The position numbers were made by a program, and so were the translations under genes. The notes below the pieces were generated by a model. That model did not search any database and was not told where the DNA came from. It saw only the letters and a program-made list of their open reading frames with translations. From Phoronis australis (lineage: Eukaryota > Animalia > Phoronida): DNA of 64,000 bases. The stretch lies in the NCBI GenBank assembly GCA_002633005.1, contig NMRA01000565.1, forward strand, positions 7,682-71,681. Reading direction: 5' to 3'. Position 1 is the first letter of the stretch, and each line of letters starts with the position of its first letter. Shown in pieces: positions 37,101-49,100 of the stretch.

Positions 37101-40100
37101 GCGAAACTGGAGAAAGGCGGAAAGGATCATCTCTACTGCGCTGGTGTAATGACCTACGTACGGGTTCTTTGTCTCTGCAACTCTCATCATTTGTAAACCT
37201 GCGCATGTGTGATCCAGTCTCTCCAGCCTTCAATTTCCGTCTTGCCACGGTTAGTGAGTGGTGTGTGTAAACGGCTGCTTTACACAGGTCAATTTGCTCC
37301 GTGTCAGTTGCGCTGGGCCAGAAGTTGATGTCTAAACCGGACTTATGATATGTTGTCAAATGTTGTTTTCAGAAGTTCCTCATTTTTGGCATTATGTTGA
37401 AGTGTAGTGTGTGTTTGTGTTTGTGTGTGTGAATGTGTTTGTTTAAACCATGATACTCTCACCTAGACATTTCTTCACCCTTGCCACAGTGTTAACCATG
37501 CATGACTATGTGTGTTATTTATGTTAGTGCCTGTTTAGATTAACCTAGACTGGCATTCTTGACCTACTTTGGCTAGACTCATGTGCACCAGTTTAAAACA
37601 TGCACATGTTGAAGCTGATTTATAGCACCACAATCCTTCAACCCAGGCAATCCTAGGTGACATGCTGGACAACCTGAGCACAACCAAGTTTCTGGCACAC
37701 TGCAAAATTATTGAAGGCTTCACCAGGCCACCCCAGGCTTCATGAAGTCATCCAGTCTTTACTATCAGGCCACCCACTGCAGGTCTCAGTGCCAGGCCAC
37801 CCCAAGCTTCACCACCACGTCACACCAGGCTACACTTCCAGGCCGCTGTAGGCTTCAACACCCGGCCACCCCAGGCTTCTCCACCAGGCCACCTTAGCTT
37901 TTACCACCAGGCCACCCCAGGCTTTACAACTATGCCACCCCAGGCTTTACAACCAGGCCACTTCAGGCTTTACAACCAGGCCACCCCTAGCTTTACCACC
38001 AGGTCACCCCAGGTGTCACCATCAGGCCACTCCAGACTTTACAACCAGGCCACCCCAAGCTTTACCACCAGGCCACCCCAGGCTTTACAACTATGCCACC
38101 CCAGGCTTTACAACCAGGCCACTTCAGGCTTTACAACCAGGCCACCCCAAGCTTTACCACCAGGTCACTCCAGGCTTTACAACCACGCCACCCAAGGCTT
38201 TACAACCAGGCCATCCCAGGCTTTACAACCAGGCCACCTTAGGCCACCCCAAGCTTCACCACCAGGCCACCCCAGGCTTCACCACCAGGCCACCCCGGAC
38301 TTTACAACCAGGCCACCCCTAGCTTTACCACCAGGCCACCCCAGGTGTCACCATCAGGCCACTCCAGGCTTTACCCCAGGCCAGTTTAGGTTTCACCAAG
38401 GGCGCCCCAGGCCTCTACCACCAGGCAACTCAAAGCCTCTACCTCTAAGCTTCACTGCCACGCCTCCCCAAGTTCCACCACACACTGCTAGTACCTACCT
38501 GCCATCCGCGGTAGGACTGGCCAAGTATTTCAATTTCTCAGCTTTTGGTCCCATCTGCGATAGCCGTGCCAAGTGAGTTTCCAGCCATCGCTACAGTACT
38601 GCAGTTGTACAGACTGGCAATGCCGAGAACCAGCCTTTTAGTTAGCAATGTTCGATGTTGTCCTGTCATAGTTTGGTCTGTATGATGTGCCATTGTCCAT
38701 CAATAACTTCCTTAAATCAATTATGATGTGTTGTTCAAATCGTGCTTCCCTCCTTGGTAATTACAAAAACCTAAAGCTGAAAGAACAGTTTGCTATTGTG
38801 AGATAGTTGACTGTGTAAAATACTCCAGCAAGCCCCACTGTTTATGAATAAACATGTGAACAAGCTGATCAAACTGGGATGTGATCTTGACTGTGTGTGG
38901 TCTCAAGAACCCTGCCTGTTCTCTGATTGGCAATATTATCTTTTTTACACAATCACTAAGGTTAAACTAAGATTTCCAGAATATCTGTAAATTTGTATTT
39001 GAAGATATTAATGTGTAGTGTGCTGCCCGTACAAGTTGACTTATTGGCATCCTGACTACAGTGAATATTGCATGATATTCATAATTTATTCACCAGAAAT
39101 AGTAACTTGTTTTGCTGCTTGCGTAATCCATATTTTTAAAACAGCGTTTTTGTGAAATGGGGGTTGATGTTGAATTTACTGGGCCTGGAAATAAGGCTAA
39201 AACTCAGAATTAAACCATATTTATTGTTTACATTGAAACAAATTACGTGCCTTGATTGGTGTACAAAAAATCCCCGAACCCACATCTCGCATTCTTTAAC
39301 AATAATGCTGGAAAATTTAATTGGGATTCCCCTGTTCCCCTGGAAAGTCTGATCTGCTACTATTGCTATATGATGCAAGGACACACGTGACCATGTCTTT
39401 TTGGTAAAATCTACCAAAAATGAAAGGCACACCAAATCGAGACAAACCGATATCAATAACATGAGGAAATTTTATTTGATACAAATGTTCAAGATGAAGT
39501 CTCAATGCTGTTAAATTTTTAAAAATATGTTTTCGGTTATCCATTTTTGATTTTTTGAAGAATCATAGAACTCCTATTTTTGATAACCTCTCCTTCAAAA
39601 GTGGAGCTTTTTTTTAAAACAAATTCTATCAGTAGTAGAGAACAATGCATAGAGTATAGTATGTGACAATTTGATGCCAATCTGATCAGCCGTGGTAATG
39701 AAGTTTGTACATTTTTCTGTGATTCTGCCATTTTGAATCATATTTGAATGTTGCCTGGGGTATCACTGATGTGACTATGTGAATGGTGATTCATCATAAC
39801 AGGGATCAAAGCTCAGCCTGGTTCTTCATAGTTGCTGAGTAATAACTTAGATCGCTTGGAGGTTAAAAGCGTGTGTTGAAGATGTTTGAACGCCTTTCTG
39901 GTCTTGATGAGACTGGAAATAACTTTTTTTTCAGTTGAACATGGGCCCTTTTGATGTGTGTTTAATGGAATGTAGTTAACTGCACTGTCTCATGAACATT
40001 TCATAATGCTCTGGCAGTTTTAACACTCTCGAAGGAACTCCTGTAAAGCTTGTGAAATGCTACATTGTGGAGTCTTTCAATTTAGCCACGTATCTACAAA

Positions 40101-43100
40101 ACTACACGAGTACGCATTTTCTGAAAGCAGAAAGCATACAGAACTTGAGTATTTGAATTGATGATACCCATCTGCCTTAAAGTGGGTCAAATGACCACTT
40201 CTTTTTTTGTAAAATTAAGCAATAAAGGTACTGCCATAGCAATGCGGTGCAATCAATGGAGTGACCAAATTTGTTTTGATATAAATCTTCATGACGAAAT
40301 ATCAAGCCATGCTGTTAAAAGTTTTCTAAATAATCATTTTGCTTTTGTTATATGGAATGATTTTTGTTCATGAAATCTTAATACTACTTTTGGTAGCCCT
40401 CCACGCAGAAGTGGAACATTTTAACAGTTCCGGAAAGTTTTGTTCGAATCTGATCTGCCGTTCCTGAGGTATGATGTTCCAGAATTAGTCAAATTTTATT
40501 TCTCAGGACTTGTAAAGAAAGGCGACAGTTCTTATTGGAATGAACAATTAGATGTAGCCATTGAAATAATTTTATTGGCATTAATTCCTGGATTTGTACT
40601 TTATAGCAGCTATGACCCTATCTTCCACCATAGAAACCAATGTTTTAGACCACATAATTGCTGTGAAATTGATCTCAAATTGCTTCTTAGTCAAACTGGA
40701 AAGGGCTTTTCATACTAACGTCGATGCGTCGATGGTTTGGGGAGTTGCGGTCAGTATGAACGCTTAACTCCGGTCCTGGATCGCAGTTAACAGCTCCAGT
40801 TAACATCGCAGTTAAGAGGTGGCTTTAAGACTGCAGCGTCGACGCTGTATGAACGCTTAACTCTGGTCTAATCGAAGTTATCGCCAGGTGCCACTGTTAT
40901 CGTCAACAGTTTAAGGTAGTGCCGTCACTATTAGCTGCTTATATTTTGCTCTAATAATCACCAATCGATTTAAAAATAAGTTTAATGTCACTTAGCCCAT
41001 GTAAATATTTCCAAATTGAAATATTGAAAAAAAATCTTAGCGTGCAACGCTACCTTGCAATAACTTCGATGATGACAGCGTCACCAACCGCTTACTTCAA
41101 TGTTCATTAACTACCAAAGCCAGTACGAAAGGTCCAATTAACTGCGCTGTTTACGTCGACGCTCAGACCGGAGTTAAGTCAATATGAAAGGGCCTGAAAT
41201 GATTTCTGGGCTTTGAAACAGCTGAAGTTTGTCTTTGCTTAAGATACAAGTTAGGTTGTAGCAGCGTGTTATTTTGTGCCGAGCATAGCCTCGGCGAATA
41301 TCGAACGGTCGGCTATTGTGAATGTAAACTCACTTGTACATAGAATTGGCACTGACATCCAGCGAGTAAACCAGGAACTTGAGCTTTAATTGAACATTGT
41401 ATATCTCATTGTGAACAGTAGGATTTAGATAAAACTTGGTAACTGCAAGGGCTGTAACCTGGTTTAATTGTTCAGTGCTTACAAGTGTTCCATAGGGCTC
41501 TATGACTCTTGTAGGTCTCTTTGTCCTGGTTAGACTCTTAGGTTTGCATTGGAATCCTATATGTTCGTTGGCTGGACTCCAGGTGTTGTGGTAGAAGATC
41601 ATGCTTGTAATGCCCAATCAATAACTGCCTGTCCTAATTGTCTGTTGCCATCAACTGGGTTTATTGGAGTATGTTCTTGGCTGCACAGAGACTTTATTGG
41701 TTGCCAGTGGTGATGGCCGCCTTCTCCAAGCACTGACTGACATTCATTAACCATAGTTACAAGTGTCGGAGTATATTTTCCACTAAATGCATTCACATTT
41801 GTATGAATGAGCTTGTTATTCACAGAAAGAGCAACTTGGCCAGTGTCATTCGTAGTCTAGTGCAGTGTGCATAGCATGTCACTAGTGAATTCCAACATCC
41901 TCGGTGAACACGCATGCATGCTATAAATTATGATTGACCTAATTTTCAGTAGGTGTTAAGGCCGCAAACAGCTTCTGAGCCTTGTGCAGCAAGTGCAGAT
42001 GAAGAATGGCAGGCATCTGAGTGGCAGACTGCACTGAAAATCAAAGCTGAATGTTAATTTTCTGAGTCTGATATTTTGGACATGAATGATTTTTGCATGT
42101 ATCACATTTCTCAAACTGTGGACCGGTACGTGTTTACGCACAGCAGGTTAAGTTCATAAAAAGAAACGTTGATCATTTTTATGTCAGAAAAAACTTGCTG
42201 AATATGGCATCCCCAATGTTACAAATTTCTCAAGTTTGGTATAAACTATGGCCTTGAGCGAAATAATCACTTTTCCATTGTCACAAATTTTTACTGCATC
42301 TCTGCAAAATTGTGCTTAGATGGACAGCATTGTATAGCTGCAGGCCAAATGCCCCGTGGGTCCGCTGCATTATGGGTAAATATCACTGAATCATAGAGAT
42401 TGCTGTGGTATTTCTAGAAGTGGCTATTTGGATTGTTGCTAATGCACTCTCTGACCTTCATTAAGACCATGTGCCTGTTTCATGAAGGTTTGTTCAAACA
42501 ATCATTGCTGAGACCAGGATGTAGAGTTTACTCACACAGTTTCAGACAAGTGGTTTATGAAGATGATCAATTGTAAGACTATGGTCAAGTCGGAGTTGGA
42601 GCGATTCATTCTTTAAAAAAGAACTCCGTTTCACATACACTGCCACTTGCTTACGACCCTCCGTCATAGGAATACCACATTTGGTTAAGAACCCCCCCCC
42701 TTCCAGAATAAGTTGTCTTATGCAGTGCAATTGCCAGCTGAGACCAATGTTGTGACTACTTACATTTCTGTGGTCAGTATGGTATGCTTCTCCAGATGTA
42801 CCAAAATTCCTACAACTGCTGCCATCTGTTGATGATCAACTGGTCTTTCGTGTTAGGTGTTAAACCACATTTATGTGATGCTCTTCAACATTCGGGAATT
42901 GGGGATTCCCATTTAATCACCATTTACCTGTTCTGTTGTTGAAGTAAATAAATCCCGTACAAAATTTCTGTGAATTGAGAGCCATTTTTGAAAGCAGTGC
43001 TCTCACTGGGAAATTGGTACTCATGTGAAATCAACCACATTTTCATGTCAAACAAAAACATCTTTTGGTTAACACCAGGTGTCTCAGTACTTGGAAAGAA

Positions 43101-46100
43101 CAGAGAGGCAGCTATTGGTTGAGAACATGCTAAAGAAGTTGGCTTGGCCTGGCGAGTTATGTTGTGCAGCTAGAGTGGCTTGAGGGAATAATCAACTGTT
43201 TTTATTTCCAAAGTCCAGTAATTACTAATCTGTTTAAGGGACAAGTTGAGGCCACTGTTATTTACATCAGTTTTTGTATAAGATCATTCTCATGGATGCA
43301 CAGTCTCATTGTAATTGGTCTAAGTTCAACGCTATGGTAGTTCTTCGTATGTTTAGCACACGGTATGACCAACAAGTCAAATTGTCTTTGTTCAAAATTT
43401 CTCCTGACAAATAAAGATTAAGAAAATTTTAATCCATTTACTACCATGGTGTACACAGTGTAGTTGTCATAGAACAATGTGGCGCGTTTTCCATTACTTC
43501 CAGTGAAGTAATCAGCCTTTGAAGTAAGAGAAATTGACAATTTCGACAATTATTTCTGTTCGAAATTAGTAGGGAATTACCGATGTCATTTTTATATATA
43601 AGAAGTCTAAATAATGTATTGTATGATCAGTAAACATATCCTGTCTATTTACAGTCCTTCCCACAGTTGGGCAGTATTGGCTGAAGGTGGGTGTATAACG
43701 AGTCTAAATAATGTATTGAATTATCACTAAGCATTTCCTGTCTATTTACAGTCCTTCCCTCACTTGGACATCCGTAACATTGTGGAAATGAATGAAGCTG
43801 TTGTCATCAAAAACTGGTGTATCAAGGGCAAGGAGTGTAGCGCGGAGAAGGTCATCCCCTACAGATGTCTAAGTAAGTCCATCTACCTGTCATCCCCTAC
43901 AGATGTCTAAGTAAGTCCATCTACCTGTCATCCCCTACAGATGTCTAAGTAAGTCCATCTACCTGTCATCCCCTACAGATGTCTAAGTAAGTCCATCTAC
44001 CTGTCATCCCCTACAGATGTCTAAGTAAGCCCATCTACCTGTCATCCCCTACAGATGTCTAAGTAAGTCCATCTACCCGCCCAAGGTGGTTTTGTAGTCT
44101 TCTACAGCAGTTTTTCAAAAAAATAACCCGATGAACTTCGTTGGATTTTGCCGTTAGTTGTCAATGTTGTGGTTAAGGTGTGGAATGAAACTGAACAAGG
44201 AATTACAGATGAGTTCAAAGAGAAGGATTTTCTGCTGTAGTTTTCATATAAAAATGGCGAACATCTCGTCAAAATTTTCGAAGGAGAATTTTTTGACTGT
44301 TTTTTAATGATGGAAAATTTTTGTTCTTGTTACAATTTAGTAAGTCATGATGAAGGTGGAAAAATACCGCATGGCTGAAAGAAGACTGTGAAAGTGCGTG
44401 TAAATTGTTCATATAAAGGGTAACTTCAAAGCACGGTATAAAGGATGTCGAGAACTTTTCACTGGTTCTTGTGCATTGAGTTTGAATGTTTTCAGTAAAT
44501 AAGTGGTTGATGTTGTTTTGATGACGTGACACAACAAATATGTCACTGTTGTATCGAAAAAGTAACTATTGCAAGCATTCCTTTATAGTGGGTGAGTTCC
44601 AGAGTGAGGCTCTGCTGGTGCCAGAGGGGTGCAGATTCGACCACGTCCATAACAAGAAGAGGTGCCAGTCCCATGACGCTTGGAAGAAGGTGGCAGAGCA
44701 GAAGTGCCTGGCACAGGGCAACGTCCTGTTCAACTACGCCATCTTGGAGCCGTGTGAGACAGACCTGTTTGAGGGTGTGGAGTACGTTTGTTGTCCACAG
44801 CGTCTCCAGCAACAAGGTGAGAGGAGATGTTGGTTGATTTGTCTTGCTCCTTCATTTCACACAGAAATATTGTGAAGTTGCTGTAGATGTGTAACTGTAC
44901 TAAAACGAGAATTGTGGGATATTTTTTTGTAAACCATGTGCAATAAAATATCATATGTATTGTGTATTAAACCAGGGCCTTGGTTTTTGGAGTCAAAAGT
45001 TGACCTCATTCACCCCTCAGTAATAAAGAGACTTCTTGGTACACTTTCTGACACTTAAGACTAGTACAAGTTAAAGTACGTGCTTCATTTTAGTTTTCTC
45101 TTCGTTGGACAAAAATTCACCAATCAAAAGCCACAAGCTCGCCGTTTCCTCTCTACTTTGTGCTTTTGACAGCTGAAGGGACTAATACTGCAGAATGACT
45201 TCATGATTAACGTTCAGATGCTTATTGGGTGGATGACTTTCGTCCATCTTAGTGGATGACTTTTTACAGTTATTTTTCATTAATGGGTAAAGTGCATCTA
45301 GTAATTCAAATTGGAAAAATCTCGTGCTTCACCACTGCACTTAACTCCATGTTGCCAACCCCTGGTCTGTGAACAGACGGTGACACTGTCTTGCTGGTTA
45401 CAGGTCAGCACAAGAACAAGGTCCACCCGACCGTGTCCAAAGACCTTGCCATGCACATGCGGAACAAGAAGAAAGAGCATCACAAGGAGAAGATTGCCGC
45501 CAAGAAGGCGGGCAAGTCTCACGGATTCAGCGCCTACGACAAGTACAGGCACATGGGCCTGAAGACTAAGTACAACTTTGAACACCAGAAGTTCAAACAG
45601 GTAGGCACTGCCCATGACAATAGTTGATAACGTCATGACAACAGTTGGTAACGTCATGACAACAGTTGGTATCGTCTGTAGCTTATTCTCATTTTTTGAG
45701 ACTTTCGAAATGGAGAAAAAGGGGGATGAAGGTGACTATCTGGTGGCGTTGTTTTTCAAATAATAAACGTTTGTCAAAATTATGCATACATGATTTCCAT
45801 TCTTTCTGGTAAGACCGACGATGGTGAAGCAGCATTTTTATGGAGATTGCATTTCTGTAATTTTACACAAAACTTTAAAATAAGATTTGGAGAAGGCTAC
45901 TTTGAAATATGGTTTTTAGAGGTCCTTGAAGACTTAAAATATCAAAGAGTTTAAGATGCAAGTTTTGAGTAACTGGAAAATCAGAGTCCTTGATTTTTTT
46001 AAAGCCTCAGGGTCTTTGAACTGAAGAAGAACACTGTGATATAGGCATAAAAGTTTTATTGGACTATGATGAGCAATATTTGCTTTATTGCAGGCGTTAG

Positions 46101-49100
46101 AGCAGGTGGAGTCGGATCACCATGAGAAGGTGACATCAGTGATGAAGGAGTGGGGCAACGCCCATGACAGGATCCAGCGGTTGAAGTCCACTGACCCTAA
46201 AGGGGCAGCACGCATGGAGAAGGAAGTGACAGAGGTAAGGGACGCTAGTGTATGGGCAGGTGTCTGTAAAGGGGCAGAGCTGCTGTGTAGGGGATGTCAC
46301 AGTAAAGTGGGCAGGGTTGCAAGTGTGTGGCTGTTAAGGGGGAAATACTGCTGATTTTGAAAGATAACATCTTAAGATGTTTGTAATTTTGATTTGGTAT
46401 AGTGAGTTCCGTTGGGTTAATGTGTTTTTGACATATTTATTTCACTTGGTTTTGATGTATGAGTTTCTATTGCAGCGCTTCAAGAAGACCTACCAGGCCC
46501 TGGAGGATGAGATTAAGGCTTCGAAGAACCAACTGTTTGCTCTTCATGAGCAGCACATCCGAGCCAATATCAACGACAAGAAGCGCAAGGCACTTGACCA
46601 CTTGACCAGAGCTCTGGACGGCAAGAAGCCTCGGGTAGGCGCTCGTGTTTGAGTGGGTGGTTTTTAGCTGAAAGGCTGGCAGTAACTAGTATTAGTTGGT
46701 GTCATCCGAGCTGAATAAACTGCTGGGTAGTTCAGTGTGCAGTATACAGTGTCAAGGTTTGCCACCACCGTCATACATTTTGAAGGCTTTGTTAAAAGGA
46801 AGGATTTCATATAGAGATTTATATGAGCTGTTGGTTGGAGCTCTGCCCTAACATTGTGTGGGATTGGTATTCACTGGTAGGATGAACAGAAGGCCTGCTG
46901 ACTGTTCATCATGTTCAGTTATAATGTAACATGAACTATATAATTACTACTGTGGAAATAGTGATAATGGCAATAATGGTAGCTTTAAGATTTTAAAAAG
47001 AAATGTTTTGTAAAACGTGATGTTTCGCTTTATTGGTTGTGAAGTCCATACAGGTAAAGCATGGGCTGTTCAGGTAAGAAGTCGGTTGAACCACATAAGG
47101 TACAAACAATAGCTTACCATAGATGCACCTCAGACAAGCTCTGACTAACATTCAATGAATAGTGAACCAGGTGTTCTTTCATTGTTAAAGATTCTCTCAA
47201 TGGTAAGCTATTGTGTAATTGCGCAATCTTGATTCAACAGACTTCCTGTGTGAACACATGGTGTTTTACCTGTACTCACTTGAAGGTGTTTGTAGACGAT
47301 TTATAAATAGTGATAATGAATAGTGCCAACAAGTTATAATGATAGTTTTGGTGGTAGTTGTCATGACGATAGTATGACTGACTTGCACACTGCCCCCAGG
47401 TGGATGCTGTGGTGAAGTATCTGGAGCGTTACCTGCATGCAGAGCGCAAGGACCGCGAGCACACGCTGAAGCACTATGCCCACGTGCGCCACCACAAGCT
47501 GGCCGATCTAGAGAAGGTGCGCGAGTACACGTTGAAACACCTGCGCCAGATTGACGACCGCATTAACCAGAGCCTACAGCTGGTCAATAGGATCAATAAC
47601 AAAAAAATTGTGGCAAAGATCAACAGTCGTGTCCGTAAGTGCCGTGTTGTCACTTTTTGTTCCCCTCAGTACACAAGACTTGAATTATGAATTATGTGAA
47701 ATCGGAGTATTTGGGATACAAGTTTTCTTCACGGTTGTGTACGAATTAATGGACAAATCGGTACATTGAGCCAAATTTCTACAAAACTGCAGAATTTCTC
47801 CACAAAAGTATATATTTTGTGAAAGCAGAAATTCCATAGAACTTGATTATTGGCTTTACACCAATCTGCCATCAATAAGCTCACGTAAGTATGCTTTTTT
47901 AATTTGTAAAATTTAGCAAAAATCAAGGTACTTTCATAGCAAAACAACTGGGCCAATTATATGACCAAACTTATGTACTATGTATATGTACAAGATAAAG
48001 TCTCAAAACTGTTGTTACAGTTATTGAAATTATGGTGTCGTGTTTTTTATTAAAGTTTTTTCACAAAAATCCTATTAGTCCTATTTTTGATGGCCCCTCT
48101 TAAAAGTGAAACATTTTGGAAAACAATTCCTGACAATGTTTAAAGCATAATATCTGAAAGTTTCTGTCGATTCCATTCAATCACTTTTGAGATATGATTC
48201 TGCAAAGTTGGCCAACATTGAACGCATTTCTAGACTCCTCCGTAACTTTCAGACAGTGCTGTTGCTAGATTTGATTGTCATCTATTTGACTGTTGGTCTG
48301 TCACTCAAGTCTGTTGAGTGTACGTCGGAATGTGTGTATGCGAAAATCCATCCTCCTCTCCTCTTGGTTTAAGTGTGCAAAATGTGCATGCTTCACACAA
48401 CAGTCATGCTAGGTTTGCCTAATGGAAGGACTAAATGGCTTAGTGGCTCATACTGAATTTGTGGTATAACTCGAAAATTTGAATTCAACATTGAAAATTC
48501 GGGAAAATATGTTGATCATTTGCCTCTCGGTAACTTGTAAATAAGAAAATCACTTACTGAGAGACTAGGTTTTGTTGGAGGCAACATGGAAAAGTTCTTA
48601 AATCCAACAAAATGTCGTGGAAAGACATTTGGAATTCTAGAGGTTTTTTTAGTATTGGGTATGATTGCCTTTACCTGTAGTTTCTAGTAATTCGGAATCA
48701 TTTGTAAATGTGCTTGTCTGTAGCGTTAATAGTGTCAACACTCGTGAGATAGAACGAGGAATGTGACAAAAAAAATTTACGGGTTGTGCTAGCTTGTCAA
48801 ATGTCGCTTTCCCGCAACTTTCCTTACCTTTCCCACCATCTCTTCTCCAGTTGTGACATTGGAGTTACTTCTAGTTCTTAGATTTAAACACCAGATGGCG
48901 TAGTTGATTCACAACTTCTAGTAATTTCCAGTACACTTGCCCAACTGCTCAGATGAATCAGACTATTTTGAGAGGAATTGCAATGCCTGCTACTAGCCCG
49001 AGAGTTACTCTTTCCCACTACCCAAAATTGCATGAAGGGAGTTGCGTAGTCAGTGGGAAAGTGGCATAAGAATCGTTATTCCATGGTTGTGATTGTTTGT

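Noticed and set aside
37932-38576. 214-aa Pro/Gln-rich ORF
   Set aside because: Translation of the 23-bp minisatellite; the peptide cycles through all frames of the unit and has no splice or domain support.
43851-44078. CRISPR-like regular array
   Set aside because: Units are contiguous and near-identical with no unique spacers; eukaryotic context with no cas genes.
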